Of a DNA stretch of 64,000 nucleotides, positions 1 to 21,590 are shown piece after piece. Each line of letters opens with the position of its first letter. Position 1 is the stretch's first letter. The notes below the pieces were generated by a model. It worked only from the letters and a program-made list of their open reading frames with translations, had not been told where the DNA came from and made no database searches. Both the position numbers and the translations under genes were made by a program. This stretch comes from Salpingoeca rosetta (lineage: Eukaryota; Protista; Choanoflagellata): the NCBI GenBank assembly GCA_033442325.1, contig JAWQFM010000007.1:578948-642947 (forward strand). The letters run 5' to 3'.

Positions 1-150
<150 letters not shown>

Positions 151-162
151 GTCGCCGCTCAC

Positions 163-488
163 GCTGCAGTGCGCTGCCAGGGTCGAAGATCCAGCTCGTG
201 CCTGGAACAGGACCGGCGAGGGCGCGGTCGTTGCGGTCACTGACGGTGCACACGCGCGGATCCGGGCCCTGAACTGCGAGGGCAAAGCAGTAGCGCCGAC
301 CCCGCTTGATCTTGCGATGACTGTGCATGTCTTGACCGTCGTTGGGGTCATACAGGGAGTCTCTGTTCCTGTTGTAGTTCCTGTCAATGTATGATTCATC
401 GAGATACACCTACAGGCAATTGAGCCACGTGAGACACGAAAAGGGAACATTGCACATGCGAAGAAACATCGACAACACAGCAGCATGG

Positions 489-528
<40 letters not shown>

Positions 529-1438
529 CTCTGAGGCGCTCGTCAGGTGGCAACCTCCTGTTTGCATCAAACTCCTTCAGATACTTCGCCAGCAGCTGCT
601 TGTGCCTCGGGTTCTCTTGAACAACGTGCTTGTTGCCGCGAAGGTAGCCCGCACGACGAAGAAACCGCTGCACTGCCCGCAGAGCCGCCGCCCTGTCCAG
701 TTCGTCGTCACCATCGCCAGCAAACGAAGGTCGTACGTCCACATGCCTGTGCTTGCGTAGGAAGTCAAGCACCTGTACGGCCGTGATGCGGTGTCCACCT
801 TCTCTCTGCATGCGCACGTGATCGCGAACCTGCCTGAGCACACGTTTTGTCGTGGGCACACGTGTCGGCAGCTGTGTCGCCTTCCCACGGCGGTTCTCAA
901 CAGAAAGTGTCTTAAGGCCCTGCAGACACGAAGCACATGGAATATGAGCCAACATGAACAGATCTAAGACAAACAGCACGCTGGTGTATGAGTTGACCAC
1001 AGCAGGTACATCTCCTCAACTCACATCTATGCCGTGCTCTTGCAACAGCTTGTTGAGCATTGCATACTTCCGACGCACAGTGCTGAGGCCAACCCTGTGT
1101 TGTTCCAGACCGAGGTAAAAGAGTGAAGTGAGGTCGGCCATGCGAATGAATCATGTCACAGTTGACACATGCAAACACGTCAGCTTGCACACTAACAAAA
1201 GAGTGTCAACATACCCCAACTGCTTAGCAGCACGTTCATCGACCTGGCCATTCGAGCGCTTGCCCTTGGACTTCCTCCGGTTCTCCAAGTGTGCCAATTT
1301 CAACTGCATGTACACATGCAAAACCAGAAGCGTTTCCTTCTCTGTCAGGGTTCCCTGACCCCTCATGTTCCTCAGGCACGCACATATCTCCACGATCTCC
1401 TGAGGAGTCACGTGCTTCTTGGTTACCGGCTTGGGCAT
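163..1438 (-). mobile_element. Intron-containing IS630/Tc1/mariner-superfamily DDE transposase-like gene, 5' part (continues off the left edge)
   Basis: Exons ~1438-1214, ~1095-1027, ~919-526 and 409-163 with GT..AG boundaries splice to MPKPVTKK...QLG-VGLSTVRRKY (HTH-like)...LRAVQRFLRRAGYLRG...RLRE-VYLDESYIDRNYNRNRDSLYDPND...KRGRRYCFALAV...WIF. YLDES is the first catalytic Asp motif of ITm transposases and is followed by a KG.R-type motif. Confidence 0.75.
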
Positions 1439-2148
1439 GTCTTGTCGTGCCCGCTTTGGTGAGTTGGTGGCAGCTCGCCTTCATCGTCGTCGCTCACCAC
1501 CTCGGAATCAGGCACAAACTCATCGTCGGTGATGGTGGTTGAAAATTTTTATTTTGCCGACGATTTGCACGAAAGATGCAACTTGACAGCGGTCGCTTGG
1601 GGCGTGTGCGTCACCCTTGCACCCCAAACCAGCGCAGATGCATGTGCAAGGCCGACGTGGTGCTGCCGGTCAGCTTTCAAACGACTCAAATCCAACCACA
1701 AACGAGAAAAATAAAACCCTACCATTTCGTGTGTCGGGCACTATCACAATCGCCTCCACGCCTCCAACCAACCAACTAAGCCAAACGAACAAACAAACGA
1801 ACGAACAAACGATGACGACGCTTTGTTGTTTTGTTGATGTGTCTTGTGTGTTTGTGACATGATGATGATGTGTCATTTATTTTTGCGCACTGCCATCTCC
1901 CCCTCCATCCATCCATCCATCCCACCACCAGCCGCACCCGCGACCATTTACGTTTATTGTTACACACACACACACACACGCTCTCACATCACATCCCCAG
2001 CTCGAGCTAAGCTAAGCCCGTGTTTGGTGTTTACCCAGTCGCCCGTGCGCACGTTCACCTACATTCCAAAACCACCACCAACCAACCAACCCCACCTTCC
2101 CTTTCTGGCTGTGTCTGTCTCGCCCCCCCCCCCCCTCTACACGCTGAC

Positions 2149-2195
2149 TTCCCAGAAATTGCACTGCTCCCTCCTGTGCGGGTTCCGAGAAATTG
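2149..2195. promoter_or_regulatory. Tandem STAT GAS-like motifs (TTCCCAGAA, TTCCGAGAA)
   Basis: Two TTCN3GAA sites 34 bp apart, both followed by ATTG, about 570-610 bp upstream of ATG 2757. Confidence 0.3.
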
Positions 2196-2756
2196 TGTCC
2201 GTAGTTTGGGCCTACACGCAACACGCCATATTGAGATTTGTTGGGTGTGCTTGGTTTGTGTAGCGCACGCTCTCCTTCTCTCCTCCTCGTTGGTGTCACT
2301 CACGCGTCTCCCTCGAGTCTAAATATTGCACCCGGCTGCTACCCGAACAAGCAAGCAAGCAAGCAAGCGAACGACACACATCAACACGCCGTGTTGATTT
2401 GTCTGTGCTTGGTCGACACTTGTTGCTGACTTTGGCGCGGTCGTTCACTTTTTCCTTCTTCCCGACTTACGCATCACTTGACCAAAGTTACTCGTGTAAG
2501 CTCGCTGCGAGATCTTGTTCGTCTTCTCCTCCGCCTTTGCTCCGACGAGCCCCGCGTGTCATTTTTCTCCTCGACACCACCCACCAGCCAGCCACCTCGT
2601 GCTTGCCGCCGCGCGCCGCCGGCTCCTGTGCTTTCACTGGTGCATCAGCTTTACCTTCCTGCTTCATCATCGTCGCCGCGACCCGGCCCCCCCCCCCTCA
2701 GATCTCCCTCATTCTCCCACACTCCTTTTCGTCAACCTCCTTCACCAGCTGTAACC

Positions 2757-3560
2757 ATGATGGACTACAACACACTCATCTCCGTGGCCTTCAACAAGAA
2801 CTGCACCCTGACACAGTCCCAGCAGAGCCCGCTGCGGAAGGTGTTGTTGCAGAGGACGCTCTGGGTCAAGCTGCAGAACAAGTTTGCCGCCTCGGCCAAC
2901 ATCGAGCGCGACGCCCTGCAGCCCGTGCTGACAGAAGAGGAGATCCGCCCCAGGTCCAAGCGCCACCAGCGCATGACTGCCGAGGCCGACAAGACCGCCA
3001 AGAAGATGAGCGCGCTCGCCTCCCAGGTTGAGGACAACTGCCGCACCGCCCCCACCGTCTATGACCAGGCGGAGATTGAGCGCTCCCGCAACATGGATGT
3101 CCGCACAGACGCCAACCAGCGGCAGCAGCTGCAGAAGCAGATGCAGCAACACCAGCGACAGCAGCAGCCCATCACGCGCCGCCGGCGCCGCAGCCTCAAC
3201 CCGGCCCCAACAAGAATCACGCCAACACCGGCAATGGCCCCAGCACCCAAAGTGTACCGCACCGACACCACCAAGAGCGCCATGCATGCACGCAACAGCA
3301 ACAGCAACAACAACGCAGCAGCCACCCATCCGTACCATCCTCGCAAGAAGGCTGGCCGCCCGCTGTCTTATCCAACCATGCGCTACCACCAGCACCAGCC
3401 TCAGCTGCAGCCACAGCCAAACAAGCGCGCGCACCAGCAAGAGCAACAGCAGCAGCAGCAAGTACGCCAAGTCGCACATCGCACGGGCTACTGCTCACCG
3501 CGATCCATCCGCCGCCATGTCCAGTCCATGCCTCCAGCCGTCCTGTCCACGGCCCGCTGA
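2757..3560 (+). CDS. Intronless 267-aa protein with N-terminal SERTA/IER-like helical motif and Q/R/P-rich disordered tail (paralogue A)
   Basis: Clean GC3-rich ORF starting ACCATGATG, MMDYNTLISVAFNKNC...PLRKVLLQRTLWVKLQNKF. 25/49 ungapped identity to the ORF at 45734-46420. The family label is inference. Confidence 0.75.
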   Translation: MMDYNTLISVAFNKNCTLTQSQQSPLRKVLLQRTLWVKLQNKFAASANIERDALQPVLTEEEIRPRSKRHQRMTAEADKTAKKMSALASQVEDNCRTAPTVYDQAEIERSRNMDVRTDANQRQQLQKQMQQHQRQQQPITRRRRRSLNPAPTRITPTPAMAPAPKVYRTDTTKSAMHARNSNSNNNAAATHPYHPRKKAGRPLSYPTMRYHQHQPQLQPQPNKRAHQQEQQQQQQVRQVAHRTGYCSPRSIRRHVQSMPPAVLSTAR

Positions 3561-3906
3561 TGGCTTGTCATTTTTGTCCGATATCGTTTCCTTTGCCTTA
3601 GACTGCTGACTCCCTTCTTGCTTGGTGCTTGCTTGCATGCACTTGGCTATTACGACAACCCCCTTCTTGTCATGTGATTTCCCATTTGCCCTCCCCTTGT
3701 GTTACCACAAAGCGCATGGAGCAGCAATGCTGCTTCTTTGCCTGCGTGCTTACTTGCCTGCCTGCTTGTTTTTGGATGCTGACCGAGGAACGCGCTTGCT
3801 GGCGCTGCGTAGCTTTCACCTTGACTTTCTACGATGATGGTTGTTCCCCCAACCTTGCTGCTGACCTTTGCCTGATGAGGACCCATAGCTGGTGCCGCTG
3901 TTCCCT

Positions 3907-3939
<33 letters not shown>

Positions 3940-4265
3940 GTGTGTACTTGTGTGTACTTGTGTGCCGTGTCACATGCCTCTTGCTTGCGTTTGGCGGTGG
4001 TGCTGCTTGGTGCTGGTCACCAACAACTACCGCTTTGTCCAATGAACGACAATCACAATCAATCTACCGGTCAAGTCAATCTCAAGCCTTTCTTTCATTC
4101 AAAAGCAAACTGCTGTCTGTGTGTGGACAAGTCTCAAAACGAAGAGAGGAAACAGTGGCGGCACTGCATTGCAAAAAAACCAAACTGACATGCGATGCAA
4201 GCAAGCAAGGAGGGGGGGGGGGACGGAAGAGTGCACATGCACGTTTGTTGCGCGCACGTGTGTGT

Positions 4266-4346
<81 letters not shown>

Positions 4347-4405
4347 TGTGTGTGTGTGTGTGTGTCATGGGAGCACACGCGTCGTGTGAGCCGCAGCTGG
4401 CTGTG

Positions 4406-14650
<10,245 letters not shown>

Positions 14651-14799
14651 GCCGCTTGCTGTCTTGGCTGTTGTGCTCGCTTGCTGTTGCTGGCTGGAGG
14701 GGTGTCCGTTTCTTGTTTTGCTGACTCAGGAACCGATGTGATGACATGAGTCATCAGCAAGAGAACAAGAAGGCGACACCACAAATATTACTTCTTGTG

Positions 14800-15897
14800 G
14801 CGACACGACAGAGGGAGATATGCAGGGAGGACAGCCCAGCGGTGGCAACGGCACACGTTCCTGTGAAACCAGAGTGCACCCACCCACCAAGCAAGCAACC
14901 AAGCAACCAAGCAACCAAGCAACCAACAACCACTCGACTCGACACAGCAGTGTACGTGTGAGTCTACACGCGCGCACACTTGTGGGGGACACATGATGAT
15001 GTGGGCTGTTGCTGTGCAGTGGCCATTGCATGGGTGTTGCTTGCCATGACACCCGCACCACATGCACGGAGACCACGACAACCGTGTGCAAAAGAAAGGA
15101 GGGAAGCAGCAAGTAAGTTCTTCCTTTTGCATCACGTATGTGTCCCACTTCTCTCTCACCACCACACACACACACACGTGCCTGCTTGCGTGCTCGCTTG
15201 CTTGCTTGCTGTGTTGCTGGGTGCACGCACACACACACACACACACACACAGACACGCACGTACACACAACACAGACAGTGTGGCACCAGCACAACAACA
15301 ACGACAACAACGCCACCCACAGTGACCACCTCACCAACGTCGCACTGCCGTTTCCAGACAACAGGCCCCGCATGACCTTGCCACTTGCAACGGCGTTGTT
15401 GCGCAGCGGGCGGGGATGCATGGTGATGAGCCACCTTCCCTCCTCAAGCAAGGCAACAATGCCATTCCCTGGCACTGGGCTCACTGCCAGACAACCAGCA
15501 CCAACTTTTGCCACTGCGTGCGTGCGTGTGATGTGTGATGTGTGATGTGTGTGCGTGTTTGTGGCACACGATGTGCGCACGCGTGCGTTTTTGCATGGAG
15601 TGCATCACTGGCAATGCCCCTGGCTGCTGGGCGCTGTCGCTTGTGCTGGCGGTATTGGTCCTGCTGCTGAAGCAAGGGCACACACACACACGCACATATC
15701 GCCATTCCTCACACACCACACCAACAGCCAACCCGCAACAACAACCATATCAGCAGCAGCAGCAGCAGCAGCACACGAGCAAGAGCTGGAGTGCATGCAC
15801 ACATAACCACAGCCGACCACAGACCACAAACCACAGCCGACCACAGACCACAGCAGCCTCATTTGCGTTCATCCTCATTCAACCTCTCCCACGCAGC
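14800..15897. repeat. Direct repeat copy 1 (~1.1 kb), spanning the intergenic region between the flippase and the Cys-rich secreted gene
   Basis: GCGACACGACAGAGGGAG...CCTCTCCCACGCAGC is near-identical to 20410-21517. Differences are microsatellite lengths and a few substitutions. Confidence 0.95.
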
Positions 15898-15962
15898 TTT
15901 TGACCGCGTTCCTTCTTCTTGTTGGCCTCGATCTACCACTACTTAACACATACACAATCACA

Positions 15963-16918
15963 ATGGCACGCACGGCAATCTTCCTCACCTTCGCAGCAGC
16001 TATGCTCGCTGGTACGTGTGGCATGCATGTGTGTGTGTGTGTGTGGCATGCGTTCGCCCATGAGAACATGTTTTTCGTGATGTTTGTGGGCACATGTCGT
16101 TGTGCTGGTTCTCGGTCGACTGGACGCCTTTTCTGTGTGTTGTGCATCGTGTCACCCTGCATTCAACTCAACTTAACTGTGCCTGCTCACCCACGTGCAC
16201 ACCCATACACGCACGTCTCACCTTCGATTGGTCTCACCATCTTGTAATGCGCTTCCCTCTCGCGCGTCGCCCCCCCCCCCCCTTTTCGACTACACAAACA
16301 ACAACAACAACACAGCCGCCGCTGCCACTGAGGTTCGGCTGACCCAGATTTCGTCGTTTGACCGCTTTGCCGGCGATGTCGAGGATGCGACCACCACCAG
16401 CACAGGCTGCGTCTCGCTCGGCGTGTCCAACTCCGGTTACCAGTTCACCCCCGCCGATGCCAACACCGTCACCCCTGTCTGCATCGACTCGTGCAACGAG
16501 AACGGCTGCTACACATTCTCCGAGGGCTGCGGGGCTGGCTGCGACTTCTGCGCGGAGGTTTCCGAGTGCACGGACAGGGACGGCTTCAAGCGCTGCACAG
16601 AGCTCCTCAGCTGCCCATGCGTTGTTGGCGCGTACACGTGCGAGCCCGCAAACGTCGGCGTCTCCATCGAGTCTGTGGTGCGTACCAATTTGGTTGTGTC
16701 TGTTTGTGTCTGTGTGAGTTACGTGTGTGTTTGTGGGCGTAGGAATTTGTTTGTGTGTGATTGTGTGTGTGATTGCGTAGCAGAGTGTGCAAGATTGCTC
16801 AGTTGTGGTTCTGTGTGTGCCAGTGGTTGCACATCGTGTGCCAGCGGTCAGTGTTGACTCATGCGTAACCAACACAGCTCACTCTTATGCACTTCACCCA
16901 CCACCACGCTGCTGCTGC

Positions 16919-16952
<34 letters not shown>

Positions 16953-16954
16953 GG

Positions 16955-17021
<67 letters not shown>

Positions 17022-17500
17022 CAGCCCGAGGACAGCGACGCGCGCCGCCTTGACCTGCTCACCACGGGCGGATACTTTGCGTACTTTGCGCAGGAGGACT
17101 GCACCGGCACGGGCTTCAACATGCTTGCATGCAGCGCAAAGGACGGAGACTGCAAGGTGCAGTGTGCATGTGCATTGTGCAAGATTTGTGTGCTTGTGGT
17201 GGGGTTGTGGTATGCTTGGCGTTGGTTTGCTGCAGCCTTCGCTGCTGCGCTTGCGCTTTCGGTTGCCATCTTTCCCCTTCCCAATTGTTTTTGTGCCAAG
17301 GGGCTTTGCTCCCACCCTTTCCCTTCTGCTGTTACCGCGACATGATTCGTCTTCTCGTCTCGTCACACCCACATCTCACCCACCTTTTCTCATCCCATGC
17401 ACTCACACATTTGCTGTATCACCACGCAAACGCACCACAGGGCCTTGCACCGTGCACCTCGTCTGACGGCAGCTGCTGCAAGCTTGTCCCCACGGCCTAG
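15963..17500 (+). CDS. Secreted cysteine-rich protein (~200 aa, 4 exons), unknown function
   Basis: Signal peptide MARTAIFLTFAAAMLA-AAAA. Exons 15963-16011, 16316-16677, 17025-17156 and 17441-17500 splice in frame with GT..AG; many Cys; ends CCKLVPTA*. Confidence 0.8.
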
Positions 17501-18778
17501 ATCCTGCACCCCACCTCTCCTATCCATTCATTCAACTTCCACACATACCTATCCTTCCTATCCGTCCGTCCACCCATCCATCCATTCTCCTTCCCGCCCT
17601 TTTTTTCCCCTGAATAAGTGTCGTCCTCGTCTCGTCGTCTGCGATGTTTCGTGGCAACCTGCAACAGAATCATGCCTACATGTCTACATGCCAACCTTCC
17701 CCCTCCTCCCAACTGAAACGTTTGTTGAACTACCTTGACCACCAATGTATGGCGTGCTGTTGCTGTCCTGTCCCTTGCCACGCCCTGTATGACTGTGTCT
17801 TTGCGTCATGCGGTGGGTGACGATATGTGCCCACCTGGGCGGTTTGCCCGTTGCTGTCGTCAGCGTGAGCTACACGCTGGCTGGGCACCGTTCGTGGCAG
17901 TTGTGTTGTCGCGTTGATGGCGTGGTTTGTTGTTTGTTGTTGTCTGGCTTGTCTGGCTTGTTGTGAGTCTGCTGTCGTAGTCGTTGGTGTTGGTGCTGTT
18001 TGCTTTTATTACTTGTACCGTGCGTGTGTGCTTCTACCATGCATCGCACACGCACGCGAACGTGTGTGAGGGGTGTAAATCACTTTTGTGATTCGTCTAC
18101 TACAGCATCCACTTTCTCTCTATCGCGCGCACGTTCGAGGAGGATTTGAGCAGGCCCTGCACACACAACAGAGTGCACAACACACACACACACACACCAC
18201 ACACACACACACAGCGTGCACACGCACAGTGCACGCGCACACACACACGCACGCACAGTGCACGCGCACACACGCACACACGCACACAGTGCACACACAA
18301 CGCATCAGCCAGCTGAACGTGTGTATTGTTATGTGATCAGGTACCCTTGTGGCCATGATCACTGCCATCTGGGCAGCACAACGGGAAGACACAATGCCGT
18401 GGACATGAAAGCATTGGAATTGACAAGGAAATGCACAACACATACACCGAGAAGGAAAGCGAGCCTGTGAACATTGGAGCCAGCCAACGAAACGAAGCGA
18501 CAACCCGAAAAGGCAAAACGAAGCCGAGGAAAGGAGATCACGCAAAGGACGGCACTTGCACAAGCGAACCGTCACGGTCAACACAGATAAGCAACGGCAA
18601 ACGTAGCACACACTCATTGATGCGTTCTTACATACATCGCGCAACCACACAAACACACAGATACACACAGACACACAGACACACGCACACACACACACAG
18701 ACACACACGCACACACACACATACACACACACAATGGTGCATACACACGTCACGCAACCACACGCCCCGTCAACTCGC

Positions 18779-20218
18779 TCAGTTTGTGTGGTGGTCAAAG
18801 CACGGGGGAATTGGGTTGGTGCCGTGCGTGGCAGTGGAGTTGGCGACGCCTTTGCACTTGTAGTACTTGTCGCCCCACGGGTACACGCCAGGGTTGACCA
18901 CCTTGACGTTGTCAAACGCAATCGCCTCCATGGGTTTGGTGCTGTTGCCCAGGATCACGCCAGGGCTCCACAGTGGGTCATACACAACAATGTCGCGCAG
19001 CACAATGTTGTGCCAGTGCATGTTGCTCGGCACAGGGCACTTGGCAATGGGGTCCTCCGGCCACAGCAACGAGCACGCGTGCTTGTAGCCGGCCTGCTGC
19101 GGGCCAATCCAGATGGCCCATTGGGTCGGGTTGTAGATGGTGATGTTCTCGTACAGGACATCGGAGATGGAGCCAGTTGCCGGGTCATCCTCCGGCCGCG
19201 ACTTCATATAGATGCCCTTGAACGTGTTGTGCATCACGCTGTCACGGAAGGTGATGTTGCGCACGCACGTGTGCGCGAGGGAGGCGCCGATGGACCCGAT
19301 GGTGAGGCCGACACCGCTGGCGTTGATGCGCTCAAAGAGCATGTTCTCGCTGCACGGGGAGCGGATGCTGTCCCCCGTCTGCTGCTTCACGGCAATGCAG
19401 TCGTCGTCGTTCCAGATGTTGCAGTCGTGGATGTGCACGTTCTTGCCCGCCACGTCAAACCCGTCTGTGTTGAAGGCGGTGAGGTCGAAGAGATCGTGGT
19501 AGGGGCGGTCCGTGCGCCGCGCATCCACGTCGCAGTAGCGGATCACAACGTCCTCCACGTCCTCTGCCATCACGTGGTAGTAGGGTGAGTTCTTGAACAG
19601 GATGTGCTCAAACAGCAGCTGCGACGCGTTGTGGATGTACAGCATCTTGGGCCTGTTCTCGCCAATGAGCAGGTACTCCACCGCGCCCCACCACGCGCTG
19701 CCGTGGCCGTCGATGGTGCCCATGCCGGAGCTGGTGATGGTGATGTTGTCGACGTTCTCCAGGTGCATGCACTCAAACACGCGCCCATCGGGGTGGCGCG
19801 GCCACGCCTTCATGTCGTCCAGGTACGCCAGCGTGCCGTCAATCTGGATCACCACGTCCCGAATGCCCGTGGCGTAGATGCCGCCCATGAGCCAGAAGGT
19901 CGTGTTTGGAATGAGCAGCGTGTCCCCGGGCGCCAGGCTGGCCAGCGTCGTGTTCATTAGCTTGCTGTTTGCCTGCGCGACAGAGAGGGACTTGTCGTTG
20001 GCCACGCCACCAACCTTGGCAAAGTCCACCACGTGCGCAGCCGCCTCGATGCTGTGGTGCATGTGCATCACGGTTGCTCCAGCGTGCTTGCCGTTCACAG
20101 GCACGGCAGCAGCGGTGACGCTGCCCGCAATAACAGCGACAGCCACCAAACTCACCACCGCGGTCACCATCGCCATCCCTCGTGACGTGATCGGCGTCAT
20201 CGGTGCGCTCCTCTTCAT
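18779..20218 (-). CDS. Glycoside hydrolase family 28 (polygalacturonase-like beta-helix), secreted, intronless CDS
   Basis: Hydrophobic N-terminus, DFAKVGG, TLLIP, GTIDGHGSAWW, RP, KNSPYYH, FNTDGFD, NDDDCIAVK, GLTIGSIG, GIYMKS, DVLYENIT. Confidence 0.9.
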   Translation of the reverse strand: MKRSAPMTPITSRGMAMVTAVVSLVAVAVIAGSVTAAAVPVNGKHAGATVMHMHHSIEAAAHVVDFAKVGGVANDKSLSVAQANSKLMNTTLASLAPGDTLLIPNTTFWLMGGIYATGIRDVVIQIDGTLAYLDDMKAWPRHPDGRVFECMHLENVDNITITSSGMGTIDGHGSAWWGAVEYLLIGENRPKMLYIHNASQLLFEHILFKNSPYYHVMAEDVEDVVIRYCDVDARRTDRPYHDLFDLTAFNTDGFDVAGKNVHIHDCNIWNDDDCIAVKQQTGDSIRSPCSENMLFERINASGVGLTIGSIGASLAHTCVRNITFRDSVMHNTFKGIYMKSRPEDDPATGSISDVLYENITIYNPTQWAIWIGPQQAGYKHACSLLWPEDPIAKCPVPSNMHWHNIVLRDIVVYDPLWSPGVILGNSTKPMEAIAFDNVKVVNPGVYPWGDKYYKCKGVANSTATHGTNPIPPCFDHHTN

Positions 20219-20409
20219 CCTCCCTGTCACAAACACACACTCGCACAGGGGCGCTGATGGCTCAACTTTTGCTCTGCGTTGCTTTGGTTGAGCTTGTTGT
20301 TGTGGGTTGTCTTCTTGGTTTGTTTGGAGACGTTGATTGCTGAAATTTGATTGAAAATGTACATAAAAGACGCCCCTCCAAACAATTTGTGCTGTTGTGT
20401 TCGTAAGTC

Positions 20410-21361
20410 GCGACACGACAGAGGGAGATATGCAGGGAGGACAGCCCAGCGGTGGCAACGGCACACGTTCCTGTGAAACCAGAGTGCACCCACCCACCAA
20501 GCAAGCAACCAAGCAACCAAGCAACCAAGCAACCAACAACCACTCGACTCGACACAGCAGTGTACGTGTGAGTCTACACGCGCGCACACTTGTGGGGGGA
20601 CACATGATGATGTGGGCTGTTGCTGTGCAGTGGCCATTGCATGGGTGTTGCTTGCCATGACACCCGCACCACATGCACGGAGACCACGACAACCGTGTGC
20701 AAAAGAAAGGAGGGAAGCAGCAAGTAAGTTCTTCCTTTTGCATCACGTATGTGTCCCACTTCTCTCTCACCACCACACACACACGTGCCTGCTTGCGTGC
20801 TCGCTTGCTTGCTTGCTGTGTTGCTGGGTGCACGCACTCACACTCACACACACACACACAGACACGCACGTACACACAACACAGACAGTGTGGCACCAGC
20901 ACAACAACAACGACAACAACGCCACCCACAGTGACCACCTCACCAACGTCGCACTGCCGTTTCCAGACAACAGGCCCCGCATGACCTTGCCACTTGCAAC
21001 GGCGTTGTTGCGCAGCGGGCGGGGATGCATGGTGATGAGCCACCTTCCCTCCTCAAGCAAGGCAACAATGCCATTCCCTGGCACTGGGCTCACTGCCAGA
21101 CAACCAGCACCAACTTTTGCCACTGCGTGCGTGCGTGCGTGTGCGTGATGTGTGATGTGTGTGCGTGTTTGTGGCACACGATGTGCGCACGCGTGCGTTT
21201 TTGCATGGAGTGCATCACTGGCAATGCCCCTGGCTGCTGGGCGCTGTCGCTTTGTGCTGGCGGTATTGGTCCTGCTGCTGAAGCAAGGGCACACACACAC
21301 ACGCACATATCGCCATTCCTCACACACCACACCAACAGCCAACCCGCAACAACAACCATAT

Positions 21362-21393
<32 letters not shown>

Positions 21394-21517
21394 CACGAGC
21401 AAGAGCTGGAGTGCATGCACACATAACCACAGACGACCACAGACCACAAACCACAGACGACCACAGACCACAGCAGCCTCATTTGCGTTCATCCTCATTC
21501 AACCTCTCCCACGCAGC
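20410..21517. repeat. Direct repeat copy 2 (~1.1 kb), spanning the intergenic region between GH28 and the mucin gene
   Basis: Near-identical to 14800-15897 in the same orientation; no TSD or TIR is visible. Confidence 0.95.
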
Positions 21518-21590
21518 ATCTTTCTTTGACAAACGCAAGAGTTGAATCGCTTGCGCTCTATTCATATCATCACACACATTGACCACCAAG

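Noticed and set aside
2226-2235. CArG/SRE-like CCATATTGAG upstream of paralogue A
   Set aside because: Two mismatches to CC(A/T)6GG; too weak to report.
20219-21043. N-terminal ~275 aa of the 754-aa ORF 18779-21043
   Set aside because: Read-through into the non-coding repeat; copy 1 is frameshifted relative to it. GH28 starts at about 20218, or at a Met slightly downstream.
14800-21517. LTR retrotransposon interpretation of the direct repeats
   Set aside because: No TG..CA ends, TSD, PBS/PPT or gag/pol; the interior holds cellular genes, one with introns.
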